Shown one piece after another: positions 20,696 through 28,848 of a DNA stretch of 64,000 nucleotides; within the stretch, counting starts at the first letter, position 1; each line of letters starts with the position of its first letter. Origin of the DNA: Gammaproteobacteria bacterium (GTDB lineage: Bacteria; Pseudomonadota; Gammaproteobacteria; Steroidobacterales; GCA-2729495); assembly GCA_036351295.1 (NCBI GenBank), contig JAZBOT010000110.1, positions 3,567-67,566 of the forward strand, in the 5' to 3' direction. Under the pieces are notes generated by a model, which worked only from the letters and a program-made list of their open reading frames with translations, made no database searches and was not told the origin of the DNA. Made by a program: the position numbers and the translations under genes.

Positions 20696-22216
20696 ATGGC
20701 CGAACTATCTCCGGAACTTCTGGATAAACTTAAAAACTGCAAGAATCTGCCGACCCTGCCGAAAGCGGCCATGCGTATTATCGAAGTCGCGCAGCAGCCT
20801 GAAATCGACATGGGCATGGTGGCCGACGCGGTCAGCGCCGACCCGGCGATTGCCGCCAAGGTGATGCGCATTGCCAACTCCGCTTTGTATGCCCGCCGGC
20901 GGGAAAGCAGCAACCTGCGCCAGGCGCTCATTACGCTGGGTTTGAATGCGACGCTGACGTTGGCGCTCAGCTTCACCCTGGTGAACAAGTTGCGCAAGGA
21001 CCCCACCAAGGGTTTCGACTTCAACCAGTACTGGAAGCGCGCGATTCTGGCGGGCTCATGGTCACGCATGCTGGCCAGCGAAATCGATTTCGTCGGCGCC
21101 GAAGAGGTCTTCCTGGTCTCCCTGCTCCAGGACATCGGCATGCTGGCCGTAGACCGGGTTGCGCCCGAGGTCTACCAAGATATCTCGCCGTTTGAGATAG
21201 CTCACGTAACGCTCGAGCGCCATGAGGCTAACCAACTGGGCGTTAACCATTGCGACGTGGGTGCGTGGTTGCTGGCCGACTGGAATATGCCTGAGATGCT
21301 GGTCGAAGCGGTGCGTCACAGCAACGATCCCAGCGGCGCCAGCGCCGCCGAGGGGCGGCAAACCTTGGTCAAAATCACCACGCTGTCGGGCTTGCTGGCG
21401 GACAGCTGCATTGCCCCCAGCGGGGCGCGCAACATGGGTGAACTGGGCAGTCTGGTCAAGGCGCACCTCAACCTTGACCCCGAACGGCTGGCGCACCTTT
21501 ATGACATGCTGGTCGAGCAGGTTCCCGAGGCGGAGTCGGTGTTTGAGACCGATTTGATGAATTCCGAGGAGATCGAGACGCTGATGGAGACAGCTCGGGA
21601 GACCCTGCTGGTGCGCAACCTGAGCGTATTCTCACAAGCCGCTGAGCTGGTGGAGCGGGCGGAATCGCTGCAGAGCGAGAACATGCAGCTCAAGCAAGCC
21701 AACCGTCTGGATGAGCTCACGCGGGTCTACAACCGCCGGCATTTCGAGGATGCGCTGGGTGAAGAATACGAGTTTGCCGCGAAACACGGTTCATCGCTGA
21801 GCATGATTTTTGTCGATATTGATTATTTTAAAGCCGCGAACGATACCCATGGCCATATGTCCGGTGACAATGTGCTGAAGAGCATCGCCGATTTGCTGAC
21901 CGGTACAGTGCGCGGTAGCGACATTGTGGCGCGCTACGGGGGCGACGAGTTCGTGATTATTCTCCCGGGCACGGATCGCGAGCGGGCGAAACTCGTGGCG
22001 GGACGCATCGTGGAAGGTGCCCGCGAACTGAAAGTGCGCGCGGAAAGTGGTGAGCTGATGCGCGTCACGCTGTCGATTGGCACAGCGACCCAGGATGCAC
22101 AGCATGATTTTGGCAGCTCTGCCGGCCTGATTCGCGCTGCCGATGCCGCGCTCTACGAGTCCAAGAGCAGGGGCCGCGACTGCCATACGGCGTTTGATGC
22201 CAGCGCGGCGGCCTGA
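20696..22216 (+). CDS. HDOD domain - coiled coil - GGDEF diguanylate cyclase
   Basis: 506 aa from ATG 20696 (AAGGA at 20684-20688; track ORF from GTG 20639); HDOD LPTLPKAAMRIIEVAQ...DPAIAAKVMRIANSALY...LITLGLN; intact GGDEF (RYGGDEFVIILPG) with RxxD I-site (RGSD) 5 residues upstream. Confidence 0.85.
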   Translation: MAELSPELLDKLKNCKNLPTLPKAAMRIIEVAQQPEIDMGMVADAVSADPAIAAKVMRIANSALYARRRESSNLRQALITLGLNATLTLALSFTLVNKLRKDPTKGFDFNQYWKRAILAGSWSRMLASEIDFVGAEEVFLVSLLQDIGMLAVDRVAPEVYQDISPFEIAHVTLERHEANQLGVNHCDVGAWLLADWNMPEMLVEAVRHSNDPSGASAAEGRQTLVKITTLSGLLADSCIAPSGARNMGELGSLVKAHLNLDPERLAHLYDMLVEQVPEAESVFETDLMNSEEIETLMETARETLLVRNLSVFSQAAELVERAESLQSENMQLKQANRLDELTRVYNRRHFEDALGEEYEFAAKHGSSLSMIFVDIDYFKAANDTHGHMSGDNVLKSIADLLTGTVRGSDIVARYGGDEFVIILPGTDRERAKLVAGRIVEGARELKVRAESGELMRVTLSIGTATQDAQHDFGSSAGLIRAADAALYESKSRGRDCHTAFDASAAA

Positions 22217-22222
22217 TTGGTC

Positions 22223-23326
22223 TCAGGTATTGTCGAGGCCGATGCCGTAGCGTTTCATTTTCTCTGACAGCGTGGTGCGGCGTATCTGCAGCCGCTCTGC
22301 CGCATGCGCCACGATGCCGCCGGCATCGCGGAGCGCGGCGTCAATAAGCGCCACTTCGATGCTCTCCAGATAGTCTTTCATCGGCATGCCCCGGCAGGCC
22401 GCAATCAGGTCGTCGGTGCTGGTTGCCGGCGCCATCTCGTCCTGTTCCGAGCCGCCGGCGGTGTGCGTGTGCGGCTGGTCGGTACTGTAACGGGCGGGCA
22501 GCAGCCGCTGGTCGACCCTGCCACCCGGGTACAAAATGCACAAACGCTCCATCAGGTTGGACAGCTCACGGACGTTGCCGGGCCAATCGTAGCCGGCCAG
22601 CGCCTGGCGCGCGGACGGCGTGAGGTTGATCAGCGTCAGGCCTGCCTTTGCGCAGCGCTCGAGGCTGCTGTCAATCAGTTCATCGAGGTCTTCCAGCCGC
22701 TCCCGCAGCGGCGGCAGCTCGACCGGAAACACGTTGAGCCGGTAGTAGAGGTCTTCGCGAAACTGATTGCGGCTGATTTCTTCCTCGAGGTTGCGGTGCG
22801 TCGCCGCAATAATGCGAACATCGGCCGACCGGCTGACGTTGCTGCCCACCCGCTCAAACACGCGTTCCTGCAGAACTCTGAGCAGCTTGACCTGCATCGA
22901 CAGGCTCATGTCGCCAATTTCGTCGAGAAACAGCGTACCGCCCTCGGCGGCTTCAAAGCGACCGACGCGGGCCGTCACCGCGCCGGTGAACGAGCCCTTC
23001 TCGTGACCGAATAATTCGCTTTCCAGCAGCTCGGCAGGGATCGCCCCGCAATTGACGGGGACAAAGGGTTTGTCGCGCCGCGGAGACATTTCGTGGATGC
23101 ACCGGGCCGTCCACTCTTTACCCGTGCCCGACTCCCCCGTGATCAGAACATTGGTATTGAAAGCCGCGACCTGCTCGATCAGTCGCCGCACCACCACCAT
23201 TTTGCGGCTATGTCCGGTGGGAAAATAGGCCAGTTGAGGCTGCAGAGCCGGCGGGCCGGAGGGTGCGGCGGCAGCCGTCGCCGGGCCGGAAAGTTCCGTT
23301 GCTGTGAGCTCGCTACGCTTGGTCAT
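22223..23326 (-). CDS. FleQ/FlrA-family sigma-54 activator lacking any N-terminal regulatory domain (AAA+ plus Fis HTH only)
   Basis: 367 aa. Only about 60 residues precede Walker A GESGTGKE and the ORF cannot extend further upstream. [65 protein letters not shown] and [22 protein letters not shown] closely resemble P. aeruginosa FleQ as I recall it. C-terminal [23 protein letters not shown]. Confidence 0.85.
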   Translation of the reverse strand: MTKRSELTATELSGPATAAAAPSGPPALQPQLAYFPTGHSRKMVVVRRLIEQVAAFNTNVLITGESGTGKEWTARCIHEMSPRRDKPFVPVNCGAIPAELLESELFGHEKGSFTGAVTARVGRFEAAEGGTLFLDEIGDMSLSMQVKLLRVLQERVFERVGSNVSRSADVRIIAATHRNLEEEISRNQFREDLYYRLNVFPVELPPLRERLEDLDELIDSSLERCAKAGLTLINLTPSARQALAGYDWPGNVRELSNLMERLCILYPGGRVDQRLLPARYSTDQPHTHTAGGSEQDEMAPATSTDDLIAACRGMPMKDYLESIEVALIDAALRDAGGIVAHAAERLQIRRTTLSEKMKRYGIGLDNT

Positions 23327-23738
23327 GCGGCGCTGCGGTCATGCCGCATTGCGGCGATTAACGGCCATCCTTGGTCGTCTGCGGGCATTGTGGTTGTCCC
23401 CTCCGGATCCACGCCGTTTGTAACCGTATATGGTCTTTCCTGACCACATACCTATAAGCATCCATTCTTATATTGTTTTCGGGTGAAGACGGCTGTTTAC
23501 AAAAGCCGCTCAATCCATAACTGTAAAATATACCGGCAGCTTTCGGGCTGCGCAATACTTTTCTCAATGTTTTTTAAGTATTTACTCGCGATTTGTCAGT
23601 CGCGTGCGGCTTGCCGCAGCGCGGCTGCCCAAACAACCCTCCGCGTATTGTCAAATTGTGATCTGCATCAAGTTTGTTCATGAGCCTGCTCGCTAGTATG
23701 AGCCTCACTTGCAGCCGCAGTACCCTGAGGATAAATGG

Positions 23739-24614
23739 ATGGACTCAGAAGCAATCAACCCGACCCCCACCGACGCCGCGACCACGCAGGTGGCCTTCCG
23801 GTTTGTGCAGAAAATGGCGGTGGATCTCGACGCTAGTGATGACCTGAAGCTGCCCGGCTTCCCGGAAGTGGTGGCCAAGCTGCAGAAAGCGCTGAGTGAC
23901 GAGCACGGCTCGCTGAAGCAGGTGGCGGTTATCATCAATTCGGAGCCGGCGCTCGCGGCCAGGATGCTGCAGCTGGCCAATTCGGCCGCGTTTCGCCAGT
24001 CCGCCGAACCCGTCGGTGAACTGCGTACGGCGGTCGCCATGCTGGGCTTTAACGTCGTCCGGGCTACCGCAACCAACTTCGCAATGGCGCAGCTGCAGGA
24101 GCAGGACTGGCTGCGGCCGCTGCACCCCGAGCTGCAAAAAATGTGGCGGCAGGCCATCCTCGTGGCCGCCACTTCGTATGTTGTGGCGAAGCATCTGGAA
24201 GCCATGCCCGCCGACAAGGCGATGGTCGCCGGATTGTTCCATCAGCTGGGCATGCTGTATCTCCTGACCGTTGCGTACCGCGATGACAAGGCGCTGCTCG
24301 ACGACCCGGCCTGGCCGCATATTCAGGCCGAGTGGCATCCGACCGTTACGCGCGCCATCCTCGAATCGTGGGGGTTGCCGGAGGACGTGACCTATGCGAC
24401 AGAAAGTCAGGATGCCGTGCTTGACGGCCAAACCGAGAATCTCGACCGGCTCTCGCTGGTGGTCGCCGCCGCCAAATTCTTTGTCTACGAACCCGCTGCT
24501 GCTGATGCTGCGGACAGCCCGCTGAACGACGTGAAGTTTTCGGGGCAGTCTTTTGCTGATCTGGTCGAGCAGAACCGCAGCGAGATCAAGCAGGTGCTGG
24601 CCACGCTGTCGTAG
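23739..24614 (+). CDS. Stand-alone HDOD domain protein
   Basis: 291 aa from ATG 23739 (GAGGA at 23728-23732; track ORF from TTG 23709); LPGFPEVVAKLQKAL...EPALAARMLQLANSAAF...AVAMLGFN HDOD signature; degenerate HD (FHQLGML). Confidence 0.8.
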   Translation: MDSEAINPTPTDAATTQVAFRFVQKMAVDLDASDDLKLPGFPEVVAKLQKALSDEHGSLKQVAVIINSEPALAARMLQLANSAAFRQSAEPVGELRTAVAMLGFNVVRATATNFAMAQLQEQDWLRPLHPELQKMWRQAILVAATSYVVAKHLEAMPADKAMVAGLFHQLGMLYLLTVAYRDDKALLDDPAWPHIQAEWHPTVTRAILESWGLPEDVTYATESQDAVLDGQTENLDRLSLVVAAAKFFVYEPAAADAADSPLNDVKFSGQSFADLVEQNRSEIKQVLATLS

Positions 24615-24629
24615 CCGCAGCGCAGTCCG

Positions 24630-25079
24630 ATGCACCCGCAGCAACCGACCACTTTCGCTGTCGCGGTGGCACTGCTGCTGGCTGCGCTGATCCCGGCCGG
24701 CTTTACACGACCGCTCGCGGCGGGAGTCCTGGGTTATGAAAACCGGCAAATTCCCAAGCAGGTCGCGCTGATCGTCGAGGACCGGCGGGTCATCGCGTCC
24801 AATACCCGGCTGGGGCGCATGGATCCGGTATTGCTGGAAGCCGACGAGGTGATCGAGACCACGGCTGAGGCCGAGGCTGTACTGCTGGTGATCACCAACC
24901 ACCGGTTGCTGGGCTACGGGCCTGTGATCGGCTGGCGCATGCTGGCCCGCGAGCCCGGCGAGCCTGTCGAGTCAGTCGTGGCCGCGGACTTCGCCGCTTT
25001 CGTTACCACCGGGGCGCGCTACCTTAACTTCAACGCGGCTAACGGCATCTGGGCTGCGGAAGCCCGCAGCTCGCGCTAG
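24630..25079 (+). CDS. Hypothetical exported protein with three internal ~38-aa repeats
   Basis: 149 aa; signal-like N-terminus FAVAVALLLAALIPAG; GC3-rich codons; repeats ALIVEDRRVIASNTRLG / LLVITNHRLLGYGPVIG / AFVTTGARYLNFNAANG. Confidence 0.55.
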   Translation: MHPQQPTTFAVAVALLLAALIPAGFTRPLAAGVLGYENRQIPKQVALIVEDRRVIASNTRLGRMDPVLLEADEVIETTAEAEAVLLVITNHRLLGYGPVIGWRMLAREPGEPVESVVAADFAAFVTTGARYLNFNAANGIWAAEARSSR

Positions 25080-25230
25080 CGCGTCGCGATCCGCCGGCAG
25101 GTCTTATGTCATCTTGTGAAGCAGGTCGCAGTTAGTCCCGCAGCGCGCCTGTAAATTAGTCCACTACAGGGCGTGTATTGGGCATACACGGTCTGGGGCG
25201 TTACAGCTACTGACATAAGCGGAATACACC

Positions 25231-26013
25231 ATGGATCTGGCAACACTCATTGGCCTCGCATGCGGCCTGATCATTATCGTCGCTGCGATGGTCGTCGGTT
25301 CTTCGATCGGCATCTTTATCAACGTTCCCAGTGTCCTGATCGTGCTGGGCGGTACCGCGGCTGCCACACTGATGAAGTTCCCGCTCAGCGACTTTATTTA
25401 TGCGCTTAAAGTCGGAGTCAAACTGTCGTTTGTTAATTCGAACAACCAGCCGAACGAGCTTATTAAGCGCATCATGGACCTGGCCGACAAGGCGCGTAAA
25501 GGCGGTCTCCTGGTTCTTGAGGAAGAACAAATCGACAACACCTTTTTGAAGCGTGGCGTGCAGCTCGGTGTTGACGGCTATGATCCGGAGCTGGTCAAGA
25601 AGTTGCTGCAGAACGAAATGGATTTCGCTGTGGAACGCCAGCAGCTCTCCGAGCAGATTTTTCGCGGCATGGGTGATGCGGCACCGGCCTTCGGCATGGT
25701 GGGCACGCTGGTCGGTCTGGTCCAGATGCTAAGTAACATGAGTGATCCCAGCTCCATCGGCCCGTCCATGGCGGTTGCGTTGCTCACTACGCTTTACGGG
25801 GCCATTATTGCCAACCTGATCTGTATCCCGATTGCCGACAAGATCAGCATTCGCAATGCTGAGGTTATCAAGGTGAAGGGGCTGCTGATTGCCGGTGTCG
25901 GCGGAATTCTCGACGGCGATTCGCCGCGTATTATCGAGGATGTCATGAGCAGCTATCTCGCCGACGACCACGGCGCAGCGCCGGTGGCCGAGCCTGCGGC
26001 TGAGGCCGGCTAA
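25231..26013 (+). CDS. motA: Flagellar stator protein A (PomA/MotA family)
   Basis: 260 aa; MDLATLIGL...SIGIFINVPSVLIVLGG and MVGTLVGLVQMLSNMSDPSSIGPSMAVALLTTLYGAI closely parallel Vibrio PomA as I recall it. Confidence 0.9.
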   Translation: MDLATLIGLACGLIIIVAAMVVGSSIGIFINVPSVLIVLGGTAAATLMKFPLSDFIYALKVGVKLSFVNSNNQPNELIKRIMDLADKARKGGLLVLEEEQIDNTFLKRGVQLGVDGYDPELVKKLLQNEMDFAVERQQLSEQIFRGMGDAAPAFGMVGTLVGLVQMLSNMSDPSSIGPSMAVALLTTLYGAIIANLICIPIADKISIRNAEVIKVKGLLIAGVGGILDGDSPRIIEDVMSSYLADDHGAAPVAEPAAEAG

Positions 26014-26031
26014 CACGCCGGGGCCGCAGCG

Positions 26032-26790
26032 ATGGCGAGGAAAGCGATAGCGAGTTCCGGCGCGCCGGCGTGGATGGCGACCTTCGCCGATCTGATGGCG
26101 CTGATGATGTGCTTCTTCGTGCTGTTGTTCTCGTTCTCACAGATCTACGAGACCAAGTATCGGATGATGGTCGACTCCATGTCGAAGGGATTTGGCAGCG
26201 AGACGACGATTCGTCGGGCCAGTATGGCATCGCCCACGATGGGCACTCCCAGCGCCATTAATTCGCGGCTGAACCAGTTTCAGGCGCCGAGCCGCAGCTC
26301 GCGCTCGCGCAACCGCGTGCTGACGACACAGGCGGCGGAGTCCACCGCAGCGCGGGTCAAACTGGCGCTAAAAACCGACCTGGATGCGGGCAAAATAGCC
26401 GTTGAGACCCAGGGCAACACCGTCATCATCCGACTCCCGGAGGAGGTCGCTTTCCCGCCCGGCAGCGATGTCGTGTCGGCTGAGATCATCGGTATTATCG
26501 ACCGACTGGCCCCCGCCATGCGCGCATCCGAAGGGGTGATCATGGTGACGGGACACACCGACGACCAGCCCATCGCATCGTCCGAGTTTTCGTCCAACTG
26601 GGAGCTCTCTGCGGACCGCGCGGTGGCTGTGATCGAAGAGATTATGGCCTACACCGGTATCCGCGAAGAACGGTTCGCCGCGGTGGGCCATGGCGCCACT
26701 AAACCCATTGCGCCTAACGATACACCGGAGAATCGCGCCAAAAACCGGCGCGTGGAAATCACGATTGTCGAGAATCAGGATGCCCGCTAG
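26032..26790 (+). CDS. motB: Flagellar stator protein B (PomB/MotB family, OmpA-like C-terminus)
   Basis: 252 aa; WMATFADLMALMMCFFVLLFSFS with conserved channel Asp; C-terminal peptidoglycan-binding motif GHTD...NWELSADRA...NRRVEI. Confidence 0.9.
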   Translation: MARKAIASSGAPAWMATFADLMALMMCFFVLLFSFSQIYETKYRMMVDSMSKGFGSETTIRRASMASPTMGTPSAINSRLNQFQAPSRSSRSRNRVLTTQAAESTAARVKLALKTDLDAGKIAVETQGNTVIIRLPEEVAFPPGSDVVSAEIIGIIDRLAPAMRASEGVIMVTGHTDDQPIASSEFSSNWELSADRAVAVIEEIMAYTGIREERFAAVGHGATKPIAPNDTPENRAKNRRVEITIVENQDAR

Positions 26791-27772
26791 CGACGCCGTG
26801 GGAGCAGCGCGCGCGCCGACGACCGCCACAGCCCGCGGGCGCATGTTTGCGCTGGTCGAAGTGGCGGCAGGCCACGGTGGTCTCGCCAGCCGCCTGTTTA
26901 GTGGCTTCGTGGTTGGCCTGATTATTCTGAACGTCCTCGCGGTTATCCTCGAGTCGAATCGCAGTCTCTACGACGATTTCGCGCAGTATTTCTCAGCTTT
27001 CGAAATATTTTCCGTTGCGGTGTTTACCGTTGAGTATTTTGCGCGTGTCTGGGTCGCGCCGGAATATCCGGCGCTGCGAGGGATGTCGGCGTGGCGGGCG
27101 CGGCTGCGCTACATCAGCAAGCCAATGGCCCTGATCGACCTGCTGGCCATTGCGCCGTTTTATCTGGCTCTGGTAGTCCCCATCGACTTGCGCTACCTGC
27201 GCTTGTTCAGGCTGTTGCGCTTGCTGAAGCTGTCCCACTATTTCGATGGGCTGCACATGTTCGTGAAAGTGCTGGGACGCGAGCTCGGGGCGATCGCGGG
27301 CGCGCTGATGACCCTCGTCGTGCTGATCATCATCTCGGCCTGCCTGATGTTCTCTATCGAGAACTCGGCCCAACCCGGACAGTTTGACAGTGTGATGCAG
27401 GCAATCTGGTGGTCGGTGGTCACGTTGACCACGGTGGGCTATGGCGACATTACGCCGGTGACTTTCCTTGGCAAGCTGGTCGCGATGATCATCATGCTGC
27501 TCGGTATCTGCACGATGGCGCTGCCGGCCGGTATTCTGGCCGCCAAGTTTACCGAGGAGCTGCAGCTGCGTCGGGAGCTGATGAATTCCCGCGTGCATGA
27601 AGCGTTGCGCGACGGGGTGCTGGATGACAACGACCTGCGCAGCATCGTCGACCTGCAGGAAAAACTGCGCTTGCCCCCCGAAGTCGTTCAGCAGCTGGTC
27701 GCGCTGAACACGCAGGCGCGCTACGTCAATAATTTTTGCCCGCACTGCGGCGAGCGGCTGGCCACGGACTAG
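26780..27772 (+). CDS. Voltage-gated (Kv-type, 6TM) potassium channel
   Basis: S4 LRYLRLFRLLRLLKLSHYF with Arg/Lys at every third position; selectivity filter TLTTVGYGD. ATG 26780 overlaps motB stop by 11 nt (alternative ATG 26843; track ORF from 26690); C-terminal CPHCGERL. Confidence 0.85.
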   Translation: MPASDAVGAARAPTTATARGRMFALVEVAAGHGGLASRLFSGFVVGLIILNVLAVILESNRSLYDDFAQYFSAFEIFSVAVFTVEYFARVWVAPEYPALRGMSAWRARLRYISKPMALIDLLAIAPFYLALVVPIDLRYLRLFRLLRLLKLSHYFDGLHMFVKVLGRELGAIAGALMTLVVLIIISACLMFSIENSAQPGQFDSVMQAIWWSVVTLTTVGYGDITPVTFLGKLVAMIIMLLGICTMALPAGILAAKFTEELQLRRELMNSRVHEALRDGVLDDNDLRSIVDLQEKLRLPPEVVQQLVALNTQARYVNNFCPHCGERLATD

Positions 27773-27947
27773 GCTGAGCGGCCGGCCCCAACGACGCATA
27801 GCCCGTATCCAAACTCTGCCCGGCGATCGTGAAGGTGCCGGCGCCGTGCGCGTGGCCGGCGTTTCCGCTAATATCACGGGCTCGGTAGAACAATGACGGT
27901 CGCACTGGCTGGATATGCCTGCCCATGCCCACCGCAAGGAAACTAAC

Positions 27948-28826
27948 ATGACGATTAAATTTGAAACCAAGGTCGACTTTAAGAACCCGATCTGGAACCG
28001 TGATGCGTGGTCGCGCATGCAGGGCGACCTCAACCCCGAAAACGAAAAAATTTGCGACGTGCGCGGCGTTATCATGGGCGTGAAGCCCGGCGAGGCCGTC
28101 AAAGAACTGTGTGGTTTTGAGGCCTTTCTGGCGACCCGTCTGGTACCGCAGGAAGACGGCACCATCCGCCGCCTGAATCGCGAAGTGATTTTTTATACCA
28201 ACCTGCGCACCGGGGATATTATCGATACCTGGACCAATCCCTGGACGGGTGAAGAAGTGCGGGTGGTGCAGGTGGCCAATGACCCGTTCAACTACACCAT
28301 CAGTGAGTGGCTGATCCTCGCGCCGGAAGATTTCAAGAGCGCTGACCCGGAGAAATCCAAGCCGCGCAAGCTGCCGCTGATTTTCCCGTGGTATGCCTTT
28401 GGCCCGGACATCCTGAGCCTGTCCACGGACATGCACCTGTATTACCCCAACTCACTCGATCCGCAAAAGTTCGTCCGGGAGTCTTCGGGACCGATGGTGC
28501 AGGTATCCGAGCTCATGCGTTACAACGTGAGTCGCGCCGACCTTGAGAACCCGGCACTCACTTCGGTGCAGTACACCGGCACCTGGATGCGCGTGACCCC
28601 GTGGCTGCCGTGGATGCTGATGGGGCAGGAAGAAGGTCATGTGATCTACAACGGCGCGATGTGCAGCAGCCCCACCACGGATATCATCTCGCCGCAGGCA
28701 CTGGCCTATGCGCAGGAGCACCATCCGGAGTTCCTGACGGCGCCGACCGAAGACTACGGTCCGAGTCATTCCAGCCTCGAAATCTATGCACGGACGCAGG
28801 AGCCGGCGCCGCCGCGAGCCGCTTAG
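27948..28826 (+). CDS. Conserved hypothetical protein (possibly DUF1838 family)
   Basis: 292 aa from ATG 27948 (AAGGA at 27936-27940); GC3-rich coding; followed by a clear terminator. Family name is from memory only. Confidence 0.5.
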   Translation: MTIKFETKVDFKNPIWNRDAWSRMQGDLNPENEKICDVRGVIMGVKPGEAVKELCGFEAFLATRLVPQEDGTIRRLNREVIFYTNLRTGDIIDTWTNPWTGEEVRVVQVANDPFNYTISEWLILAPEDFKSADPEKSKPRKLPLIFPWYAFGPDILSLSTDMHLYYPNSLDPQKFVRESSGPMVQVSELMRYNVSRADLENPALTSVQYTGTWMRVTPWLPWMLMGQEEGHVIYNGAMCSSPTTDIISPQALAYAQEHHPEFLTAPTEDYGPSHSSLEIYARTQEPAPPRAA

Positions 28827-28848
28827 TTGCGTTTGGCAGCAGTTCGTC

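Noticed and set aside
23483-23683. 66-aa Cys-rich ORF (+), and the 69-aa ORF at 23358-23567 (-), inside the AT-rich divergent intergenic region.
   Set aside because: Codon usage is unlike the GC3-rich genes around them, there is no RBS and no recognisable family. The region is more plausibly regulatory DNA.
25153-25178. Possible sigma-28 promoter for motA/pomA: TAAATTAG-N11-GCGTGTAT.
   Set aside because: Only about 4 of 8 matches in the critical -10 element. The same bases are better explained as parts of the two leader hairpins.
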